Assembly: GCF_009914755.1 (NCBI RefSeq) | Contig: NC_060933.1 | Reading direction: 5' to 3' (one strand) | Length of the DNA stretch: 64,000 bases | Source: the human T2T-CHM13v2.0 reference genome, Homo sapiens | In this document: positions 1-11,600 of the stretch, in pieces | Layout: each line of letters begins with the position of its first letter | How positions within the stretch are numbered: the stretch's first letter is position 1 | The notes under the pieces: model-generated | What the model was told of the DNA's origin: nothing | Seen by the model: only the letters and a program-made list of their open reading frames with translations | Database searches by the model: none | Made by a program: the position numbers and the translations under genes

Positions 1-189
1 CCACTCGAATACATTCCCTCCTATTCCAATCGGAACGATTCCATTCCATTCCATTCCATTCCATTCCATTCCATTCCATTTCGTTCCATTCCATTCTATT
101 CCGTATCATTCCATTCCATTCCATTCCATTCCATTCCATTGTACTCGGGTTGATTCCATTCCACTGCATTCCATTCCATTCCATTCCAT

Positions 190-1150
190 TCCATTCTGTT
201 GCATTCCAATCCATGCCCTTCCACTCGGGTTGATTTCATTCTTTCCATTCCATTCAAGTTGAATCCATTCCATTGCATTACATTCCATTCGATTCCATTC
301 GATTGCACTCGGGTTGATTCCATTCCATTGCATTCCATTCCATTCCATTCCATTCCATTCCATTCCGTTCCGTTCCATTCCATTACATTCGGATTGATTC
401 TATTCAATTCCCTTACACTCCATTACATTCCATTCCATTCGGGTAGTTTCCATTCCATTCCATTCCATTCCTCTCCATTCCATTGCACTCTGGTTGATTC
501 CATTCCATTGCATACCATTCCATTCCATTCAATTCCATTCCGTTCCATTCCATTCCATTACATTCGGATTGATTCTATTCAACTCCCTTACTCTCCGTTA
601 CATTCCATTCCATTCGGGTTGTTCCATTCCATTCCATTCCATTCCACTCCATTCCATTGCACTCGGGTTTATTCCATTCCATTCCATTCCATTCCATTCC
701 ATTCCATTCCATTCCATTCCTGAAGATTCCATTCCATTGCATTCCATTCCATTCCATTCCCCTGCACTCGCATTGATTCCATTGCATTCCATTCCATTCC
801 ATTCCATTCCGTTCCATTCCATTCCTTTCCGTTCCGTTCCATTCCATTCCATTCCATTCCATTCCGTTCCGTTCCGTTCCGTTCCATTCCATTCCATTCC
901 ATTCCATTCCGTTCCGTTCCGTTCCGTTCCGTTCCGTTCCGTTCCATTCCGTTCCGTTCCGTTCCGTTCCGTTCCGTTCCGTTCCATTCCATTCCATTCT
1001 ATTCGGGTTAATTCCATTCCATTCCATTGGATTGCAATCGAGTTGATTCCATTCCATTCCATTCCATTCCATTCCATTCCATTCCATTCCTTTCCATTCC
1101 ATTACGGATGATTCCATTCCACTACATTACATTCCATTCCATTCCCCTGT
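190..1150 (+). repeat. ~1-kb segment paralogous to ~12910-13800 (offset 12720)
   Basis: ORFs 199/12919, 494/13214, 575/13295 and 598/13318 all lie at +12720, with shared TGATTTCATTCTTTCC. Part of the match reflects the generic ~0.85-kb cycle. Confidence 0.65.
910..985 (+). repeat. (CGTTC)n variant-pentamer tract, 7+7 units, CpG-dense
   Basis: GTTCC x7, one ATTCC, then GTTCC x7. A further x4 run lies at 866-885. Confidence 0.92.
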
Positions 1151-1210
1151 ACTCGGGTTGATTCCATTCCATTCCATTCCATTCCATTCCATTCTATTCC
1201 ATTCCATTCC

Positions 1211-1225
1211 ATTCCGGAAGATTCC
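1211..1225. promoter_or_regulatory. Perfect 3-unit heat-shock element nTTCnnGAAnnTTCn (representative of ~50 copies across the window)
   Basis: The sequence aTTCc gGAAg aTTCc matches the canonical HSF1 inverted nGAAn array exactly. Binding at this site is inferred, not shown. Confidence 0.7.
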
Positions 1226-1369
1226 ATTCCATTGCATTCCATTCCATTCCATTCCCCTGCACTCACGTTGATTCCATTCCATTCCATTCCATTCCATTCC
1301 ATTCCATTCCATTCCATTCCGTTCCGTTCCGTTCCGTTCCATTCCATTCCATTCCATCCTATTCGGGTT

Positions 1370-2830
1370 AATTGCATTCCAATCTATTCGATTGCCATCG
1401 AGTTGATTCCATTCCATTCCATTCCATTCCATTCCATTCCATTCCATTCCTTTCCATTCCATTACGGATCACTCCATTCCATTGCATTCCATTCCATTCC
1501 ATTCCCCTGTACTCGGGTTGATTCCATTCCATTCCATTCCACTCCATTCGGTTCCGTTGCATTCCATTATATTGCATTCCATTCTATTCGGGTTAATTCC
1601 ATTCCATTCTATTCCATTCCATTCCATTCCATTCCATTGCAATGGAGTTGATTCCATTCCATTCCATTCCATTCCGGATGATTCCATTCCATTGCATTCC
1701 ATTCCATTCCATTCCCCTGCACTCGTGTTGATTCCATTCCCTTCCATTCCATTCCATTCCATTCCATTCTATTCCGATTAATTCCATTCCATTCCATTCC
1801 ATTCCATTCCATTCCATTGCAATCGAGTTGATTCCATTCCATTCCTTTCCATTCCATTCCATTGCCTTGCATTACACTCGGGTTGATTCCAATCCCTTCT
1901 TTCCACTCCATTACATTCCCATCCATTCCAATCGGAATGATTGATTCCATTCCATTCCATTCCATTTCATTCCATTGCAATCCATTCCAATCCATTCCAT
2001 TCCATTCCATTCCACTCGAGATGACTTCATTCCATTCCTTTCCATTCCATTCCATTCCATTCCTTTCCACTCGAGTTGATTCCATTCCATTCCAATCCAT
2101 TGCATTCCATTCCATGCGATTCCACTCGGGTTGATTCCATTCCTTTGCATTCCATTCCATTCCATTCCATTGCATTCCATTCCATTCCAATCCGTTGCAT
2201 TCCATTCCATTACATTCGGATTGATTCTATTCAACTCCCTTACTCTCCAATACATTCCATTCCATTCGGGTTGTTCCATTCCATTCCATTCCATTCCACT
2301 CCATTCCATTGCACTCGGGTTGATTCCATTCCATTCCATTCCATTCCATTCCGGATGATTCCATTCCATTGCATTCCGTTCCATTACATTCCCCTGCACT
2401 CGGGTTGATACCATTCCATTCCATTCCATTCCATTCCGGATGATTCCATTCCATTGCATTCCATTCCATTCCATTCCCATGCACTCGGGTTGATTACATT
2501 CCATTTCCTTCCCTTCCATTCCTTTCCATTCCATTCCATTCCATTCTATTCGTGTGAATTCCATTCCATTCCATTCCATTCCACTCCATTCCATTCCATT
2601 CCATTCCATTCCATTCCATTCAATTGGAATCGAGTTGATTCCATTCTATTCCATTCCATTCCGTTCCGGATGATTCCATTCCATTCCATTCCATTCCATT
2701 CCATTCCATTCCCCTGCAGTCGGGTTGATTCCATTCCATTCCATTCCATTCCATTCCATTCCATTCCATTCCATTCCGTTCCGTTCCATTCCATTCCACT
2801 CCATTCTATTCGGGTTAATTCCATTCCATT
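1370..2830 (+). repeat. Diverged ~1.45-kb segment duplicated at ~11110-12580 (offset ~9.72-9.76 kb)
   Basis: Shared rare words GATTGCCATCG (1390/11131), TGATACC (2406/12161), TGATTACATTCCATTTC (2491/12246) and GAATTC (2556/12311). Confidence 0.85.
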
Positions 2831-5800
2831 CCATTCCATTCCATTCCATTCCATTCCAATCGAGTTGATTCCATTCCATTCCATTCCATTCCATTCCATT
2901 CCATTCCACTCCATTCCAGTGCTTTCCATTCCATTACACTCGGGTTGATTCCATTCTATTCCTTTAAACTCCTTTCCATTCCATTGCAATGGAGTTGATT
3001 CCATTGCTTTGCATTCCATTCCATTCCATTCCATTCCGGATGATTCCTTTCCATTGCATTCCATTCCATTCCATTCCCCTGCACTCGGGTTGATTCCATT
3101 CCATTCCACTCCATTCCGTTCCATTCCATTCCATTCCATTTTATTCGGGTTAATTCCATTCCATTCCATTCCATTCCATTCCATTCCATTACAATCGAGT
3201 TTATTCCATTCCATTCCATTCCATTCCATTCCATTCCATTCCGGAAGATTCTATTCCATTGCATTCCATTGCATTCCATTCCATTCCATTCCATTCCATT
3301 CCATTCCGGAAGATTCCATTCCATTGCATTCCATTCCATTCCATTCCCCTGCACTCGCCTTGGTTCCATTCCATTCCATTCCATTCCATTCCATTCCATT
3401 CCATTCCGTTCCGTTCCGTTCCGTTCCATTCCATTCCATTCCATTCCATTCCGTTCCGTTCCATTCCATTCCATTCCATTCTATTCGGGTTAATTCCATT
3501 CCATTCCATTCGATTGCAATCGTGTTGATTCCATTCCATTCCATTCCATTCCATTCCATTCCATTCCATTCCATTGCACACGGTTTCATTCCATTCCATT
3601 CCATTCCATTCCATTCCATTCCATTCCATTCCTTTCTATTCCATTTCATTCCATTCTATTCTATTCCGTACCATTCCATTCCATCCCATTCCATTCCGTT
3701 CCATTCCATGCCATTACACTCGGGTTGATTCCATTCCTTTCCATTCCATTCTTGTTGAATCCATTCCATTCCATTCCATTCCATTCCATTCCATTCGAAT
3801 CCATTCCATTGCACTCGGGTTGATTCCATTCCATTCCATTCCATTCCATTCCATTCCATTACATTCGGATTGATTCTATTCAATTCCCTTACACTCCATT
3901 ACATTCCATTCCATTCGGGATGTTTCCATTCCATTCCATTCCATTCCACTCCATTCCATTGCATCAGGTTGATTGCATTCCATTCCATTCCATTCCATTC
4001 CGGATGATTCCATTCCATTGCATTCCATTCCATTCCATTCCCCAGCACTCGAATTGATTCCATTCCATTCCATTCCATTCCATTCCATTCCGTTCCATTC
4101 CATTCCATTCCATTCTATTCCGGTTAATTCCATTCCATTCCATTCCATTCCATTCCATTCCATTCCATTCCATTGCAATCGAGTTGATTCCATTCCATTC
4201 CATTCCATTCCGTTCCGGATGATTCCATTCCATTGCATTCCATTCCGTTCCGGATGATTCCATTCCATTCCATTCCATTACATTCCATTCCATTCCCCTG
4301 CAGTCGGGTTGATTCCATTCCATTCCATTCCATTCCATTCCATTCCATTCCATTGCATTCCGTTCAATTCCATTCCATTCCATTCTATTCGGGTTAATTC
4401 CATTCCATTCCATTCCATTCCATTCTATTCGGGTTAATTCCATTCCATTCTATTCCATTCCATTCCATTCTATTCCATTCCATTGCAATCGAGTTGAATC
4501 CATTGCATTTCATTCCATTCCATTCCATTCCATTCCATTCCATTCCGGAAGATTCCATTCCATTGCATTCCATTCCATTCCATTCCCCTGCACTCGCCTT
4601 GATTCCATTCCATTCCATTCCATTCCATTCCATTCCATTCCGTTCCGTTCCGTTCCGTTCCATTCCATTCCATTCCATTCCATTCCGTTCCGTTCCATTC
4701 CATTCCATTCCATTCTATTCGGGTTAATTCCATTCCATTCCATTCGATTGCAATCGTGTTGATTCCATTCCATTCCATTCCATTCCATTCCATTCCATTC
4801 CATTCCGGATGATTCCATTCCATTGCATTCCATTCCATTCCATTCCCCTGCACTCGCGTTGATTCCATTCTATTCCATTCTATTCCATTCCATTCCTTTC
4901 CTTTCCGTTCCATTCCGTTCCATTCCGTTCCGTTCCGTTCCATTCCATTCCATTCCATTCTATTCGGGTTAATTCCATTCCATTCCATTCGATTGCAATC
5001 GAGTTGATTCCATTCCATTCCATTCCGTTCCATTCCATTCCATTTCATTCCATTCCTTTCCATTCCATTACGGATGATTCCATTCCATTGCATTCCATTC
5101 CATTCCATTCCCCTGTACTCGGGTTGATTCCATTCCATTCCATTCCAATCCATGCCATTCCACTCGTGTTGATTCCATTCTTTCCATTCCATTCAAGTTG
5201 AATCCATTCCATTGCATTCCATTCCATTCGATTCTATTCGATTGCACTCGGGTTGATTCCATTCCATTGCATTGCATTCCATTCCATTCCATTCCATTCC
5301 ATTCCATTCCATTCCGTTCCATTCCATTCCATTACATTCGGATTGATTCTATTCAACTCCCTTACTCTCCATTACATTCGATTCCATTCGGGTTGTTCCA
5401 TTCCATTCCATTCCATTCCACTCCATTCCATTGCACTCGGGTTGATTCCATTACATTCCATTCCATTCCGGAGCATTCCATTCCATTGCATTCCATTACA
5501 TTCCATTCCCCTGCACTCGCGTTGATTCCATTCCTTTCCATTCCATTCCATTCCATTCCATTCCATTCCATTCCGTTCCGTTCCATTCCATTCCATTCCA
5601 TTCCATTCCATTCCGTTCCGTTCCATTCCATTCCATTCCATTCTATTCGGGTTAATTCCATTCCATTCCATTCCATTGCAATCGTGTTGATTCCATTCCA
5701 TTCCATTCCATTCCATTCCATTCAATTCCATTCCGTTCCATTCCATTCCATTACATTCGGATTGATTCTATTCAACTCCCTTACTCTCCATTACATTCCA

Positions 5801-6209
5801 TTCCATTCGGGTTGTTCCATTCCACTCCATTCCATTCCACTCCATTCCATTGCACTCGGGTTTATTCCATTCCATTCCATTCCATTCCATTCCATTCCAT
5901 TCCGGAAGATTCCATTCCATTGCATTCCATTCCATTCCATTCCCCTGCACTCGCGTTGATTCCACTCCATTCCATTCCATTCCATTCCATTCCATTCCAT
6001 TCCATTCCTTTCCGTTCCATTCCATTCCATTCCATTCCATTCCATTCCGTTCCGTTCCGTTCCATTCTATTCCATTCCATTCTATTCAGGTTAATTCCAT
6101 TCCATTCCATTCGATTGCAATCGAGTTGATTCCATTCCATTCCATTCCATTCCATTCCATTCCATTCCTTTCCATTCCATTACGGATGATTCCATTCCAT
6201 TGCATTCCA

Positions 6210-6370
6210 TTCCATTCCATTCCCCTGTACTCGGGTTGATTCCATTCCATTCCATTCCAATCCATGCCATTCCACTCGTGTTGATTCCATTCTTTCCATT
6301 CCATTCAAGTTGAATCCATTCCATTGCATTCCATTCCATTCGATTCCATTCGATTGCACTCGGGTTGATT
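6210..6370 (-). repeat. pHuR98-like SatIII module (example copy; others near 5100, 6930, 9000, 12885, 16730, 19445, 22985, 25150, 25990, 30650, 33685, 38300, 41820 and in the duplicated blocks)
   Basis: The reverse complement reads AATCAACCCGAGTGCAATCGAATGGAATCGAATGG...GGATTCAACTTGAATGGAATGGAAAGAATGGAATCAACACGAGTGGAATGGCATGGATTGG...AATCAACCCGAGTACAGG. This matches my recollection of the chr9 SatIII clone pHuR98; not verified by search. Confidence 0.7.
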
Positions 6371-8699
6371 CCATGGCATTGCATTCCATTCCATTCCATT
6401 CCATTCCATTCCATTCCATTCCATTCCTTTCCATTCCATTCCATTCCATTCCATTCGGATTGATTCTATTCAATTCCCTTACACTCCATTACATTCCATT
6501 CCATTCGTGTAGTTTCCATTCCATTCCATTCCATTCCTCTCCATTCCATTGCACTCGGGTTGATTCCATTCCATTCCATTGCATTCCATTCCATTCCATT
6601 CCATTCCATTCCATTCCATTCCGGATGATTCCATTCCATTGCATTCCATTCCATTCCATTCCCCTGCACTCGCGTTGATTCCATTCTATTCCATTCTATT
6701 CCATTCCATTCCCTTCCTTTCCGTTCCATTCCATTCCATTCCATTCCATTCCATTCCATTCCGTTCTGTTCCGTTCCATTCCATTCCATTCCATTCTATT
6801 CGGGTTAATTCCATTCCATTCCATTCGATTGCAAGCGAGTTGATTCCATTCCATTCCATTCCATTCCATTCCATTCCATTCCATTCCTTTCCATTCCATT
6901 ACGGATGATTCCATTCCATTGCATTCCATTCCATTCCATTCCCCTGTACTCGGGTTGATTCCATTCCATTCCATTCCAATCCATGCCCTTCCACTCGTGT
7001 TGATTTCATTCTTTCCATTCCATTCTAGTTGAATCCATTCCATTGCATTCCATTCCATTCGATTCCATTCGATTGCACTCGGGTTGATTCCATTCCATTG
7101 CATTCCATTCCATTCCATTCCATTCCATTCCTTTCCATTCCATTCCATTACATTCGGATTGATTCTATTCAACTCCCTTACTCTCCATTACATTCGATTC
7201 CATTTGGGTTGTTCCATTCCATTCCATTCCATTCCACTCCATTCCATTGCACTCGGGTTGATTCCATTACATTCCATTCCATTCCGGAAGATTCCATTCC
7301 ATTGCATTACATTACATTCCATTCCCCTGCACTCGCGTTGATTCCATTCCTTTCCATTCCATTCCATTCCATTCCATTCCGTTCCGTTCCACTCCATTCC
7401 ATTCCATTCCATTCCATTTCGTTCCGTTCCATTCCATTCCATTTCATTCTATTCGGGTTAATTCCATTCCATTCCATTCGATTGCCATCGAGTTGATTCC
7501 ATTCCATTCCATTCCATTCCATTCCATTCCATTCTATTCCATTCCATTGCAATCGAGTTGAATCCATTGCCTTTCATTCCATTCCATTCCATTCCATTCC
7601 ATTCCGTAAGATTCCATTCCATTACATTCCATTCCATTCCATTCCCCTGCACTCGCGTTGATTCCATTCCATTCCATTCCATTCCATTCCGTTCCGTTCC
7701 ATTCCATTCCATTCCATTCCTTTCCGTTCCATTGCATTCCATTCCATTCTATTCGGGTTAATTCCATTCCATTCCATTCGATTGCCATCGAGTTGATTCC
7801 ATTCCATTCCATTCCATTCCATTCCATTCCATTCCATTCCATTCCTTTCCATTCCATTACGGATGACTCCATTCCATTGCTTTCCATTCCATTCCATTCC
7901 CCTGTACTCTGGTTGATTCCATTCCATTCCATTCCACTCCATTCGGTTCCGTTGCATTCCCTTGTATTGCATTCCATTCTAATCGGGTTAATTCCATTCC
8001 ATTCGATTCCATTCCATTCCATTCCATTCCATTGCAATGGAGTTGATTCCATTCCATTCCATTCCACTTCATTCCATTGCAATCCATTCCAATCCATTCC
8101 ATTCCATTCCATTCCACTCGAGTTGACTTCATTCCATTCCTTTCCATTCCATTCCATTCCTTTCCACTCGAGTTGATTCCATTCCATTCCAATCCATTGC
8201 ATTCCATTCCATGCCATTCCACTCGGGTTGATTCCATTCCTTTGCATTCCATTCCATTCCATTCCATTGCATTCCATTCCATTCCATTCCGTTGCATTCC
8301 ATTCCATTACATTCGGATTGATTCTATTCAACTCCCTTACTCTCCATTACATTCCATTCCATTCGGGTTGTTCCATTCCATTCCATTCCATTCCACTCCA
8401 TTCCATTGCACTCGGGTTGATTCCATTCCATTCCATTCCATTCCATTCCGGATGATTCCATTCCATTGCATTCCGTTCCATTACATTCCCCTGCACTCGC
8501 GTTCATTCCATTCCATTCCATTCCATTCCATTCAATTCCATTCCATTACAATTCGTTCCATTCCATTCTATTCCGTACCATTCCATTCCTTTCCATACCA
8601 TTCCATTCCATTCCATTCCATTCCATTCCGTTCCATTCCGTTCCATTCCATTCCATTCCATTCTATTCGGGTTAATTCCATTCCATTCCATTCCATTCC

Positions 8700-11600
8700 A
8701 TTCCATTCCATTCCGGAAGATTCCATTCCATTGCATTCCATTCCATTCCATTCCCCTGCACTCGCGTTGATTCCATTCCATTCCATTCCATTCCATTCCA
8801 TTCCATTCCGTTCCGTTCCATTCCATTCCATTCCATTCCATTCCATTCCGTTCCGTTCCATTCCATTCCATTCCATTCTATTCGCGTTAATTCCATTCCA
8901 TTCCATTCGATTGCAATCGTGTTGATTCCATTCCATTTCATTCCATTCCATTCCTTTCCATTCCATTACGGATGATTCCATTCTATTGCATTCCATTCCA
9001 TTCCATTCCCCTGTACTCGGGTTGATTCCATTCCATTGCATTCCAATCCATGCCCTTCCACTCGTGTTGATTCCATTCTTTCCATTCCATTCAAGTTGAT
9101 TCCATTCCATTGCATTCCATTCCATTCGATTCCATTCGATTGCACTCGGGTTGATTCCATTCCATTGCATTCCATTCCATTCCATTCCATTCCATTCCAT
9201 TCCATTCTGTTCCATTCCATTCCATTACATTCGGATTGATTCTATTCAATTCCCTTACACTCCATTACATTCCATTCCATTCGGGTAGTTTCCATTCCAT
9301 TCCATTCCATTCCTCTCCATTCCATTGCACTCGGGTTGATTCCATTCCATTGCATTCCATTCCATTACATTCAATTCCATTCCGTTCCATTCCATTCCAT
9401 TACATTCGGATTGATTCTATTCAACTCCCTTACTCTCCATTACATTCCATTCCGTTCGCATTGCTCCATTCCATTCCATTCCATTCCACTCCATTCCATT
9501 GCACTCCGGTTTATTCCATTCCATTCCATTCCATTCCATTCCATTCCATTCCATTCCGGAAGTTTCCATTCCATTGCAATCCATTCCATTCCTTTCCCCT
9601 GCACTCGCTTTGATTCCATTCCATTCCATTCCATTCCATTCCATTCCATTCCATTCCATTCCTTTCCGTTCCATTCCATTCCATTCCATTCCATTCCATT
9701 CCATTCCGTTCCGTTCCATTCCATTCCATTCCATTCCATTCTATTCGGGTAAATTCCATTCCATTCCATTCGATTGCAATCGAGTTGATTCCATTCCATT
9801 CCATTCCATTCCATTCTTTTCCATTCCATTACGGATGATTCCATTCCATTACATTCCATTCCATTCCATTCCCCTGTACTCGGGTTGATTCCATTCCATT
9901 CCATTCCAATCAATGCCATTCCACTCGTGTTGATTCCATTCTTTCCATTCCATTAAAGTTGAATCCATTCCATTGCATTCCATTCCATTCCATTCCCCTG
10001 CAGTCGGGTTGATTCCATTCCATTCCATTCCATTCCATTCCATTCCGTTCCGTTCCATTCCGCTCCGTTCCGTTCCATTCCATTCCATTCCATTCTATTC
10101 GGGTTAATTCCATTCCATTCCATTCCATTCCATTCCATTCCATTCCATTCCAATCGAGTTGATTCCATTCCATTCTATTCCATTCCATTCCATTCCACTC
10201 CATTCCAGTCCTGTCCATTCCATTCCACTCGGGTTGATTCCAATGTATTCCTTTCCATTCTATTCCGTTCCATTGCAATCGAGTTGATTCCATTGCTTTG
10301 CATTCCATTCCATTCCATTCCATTCCGGATGATTCCATTCCATTGCATTCCATTCCATTCCCCTGCACTCGGGTTGATTCCATTCCATTCCACTCCATTC
10401 CGTTCCATTCCATTCCATTGTATTCGGGTTAATTCCGTTCCATTCCATTCCATTGCATTCCATTCCATTCCATTCCATTCCATTCCATTCCATTACAATC
10501 GAGTTGATTCCATTCCATTCCATTCCATTCCATTCCATTCCAGTCCTTTCCATTCCATTCCACTCGGGTTGATTCCATTCTATTACTTTCCATTCCATTC
10601 CATTCCCTTCCATTCCACTCTGGTTGATTCCATTCCTTTCCATTCCACTCGAATACATTCCCTCTTATTCCACTCGGAACGATTCCATTTCATTCCATTC
10701 CATTCCATTTCATTCCAGTTCGTTCCATTCCGTTCTATTCCGTACCATTCCATTCCATTCCTTTCCTTTCCATTCCATTCTTTTCCACTCGTGTTGATTC
10801 CATTCCTTTCCATTCCATTCGGTTTGAAGGCATTCCATTCCATTCAATTCCATTCCATTCCATTCCATTCCATTCCATTCTATTCCATTCCATTGCAATC
10901 GAGTTGAATCCATTGCCTTTCATTCCATTCCATTCCATTCCATTCCGGAAGATTCCATTCCATTGCATTCCATTCCATTCCATTCCCCTGCACTCGCGTT
11001 GATTCCATTCCATTCCATTCCATTCCATTCCGTTCCGTTCCATTCCATTCCATTCCATTCCATTCCATTCCTTTCCATTCCATTCCATTCCATTCCATTC
11101 TATTCGGGTTAATTCCATTGCATTCCATTCGATTGCCATCGAGTTGATTCCATTCCATTCCATTCCATTCCATTCCATTCCATTCCATTCCTTTCCATTC
11201 CATTACGGATGACTCCATTCCATTGCATTCCCTTCCATTCCATTCCCCTGTACTCGGGTTGATTCCATTCCATTTCATTCCACTCCATTCGGTTCCGTTG
11301 CATTCCATTCTATTGCATTCCATCTATTCGGGTTAATTCCATTCCATTCTATTCCATTCCATTCCATTCCATTCCATTGCAATGGAGTTGATTCCATTCC
11401 ATTCCATTCCATTCCGGATGATTCCATTGCATTGCATTCCATTCCATTCCATTCCCCTGCACTCGTGTTGATTCCATTCCCTTCCATTCCATTCCATTCC
11501 GTTCCATTCCATTCCATTCCATTCTATTCCGGTTAAATCCATTCCATTCCATTCCATTCCATTCCATTCCATTGCAATCGAGTTGATTCCATTCCATTCC

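Noticed and set aside
1212-1219. TTCCGGAA palindrome as a STAT/GAS site
   Set aside because: GAS elements need TTC-N3-GAA (N4 for STAT6). The spacing here is N2, which fits an HSE.
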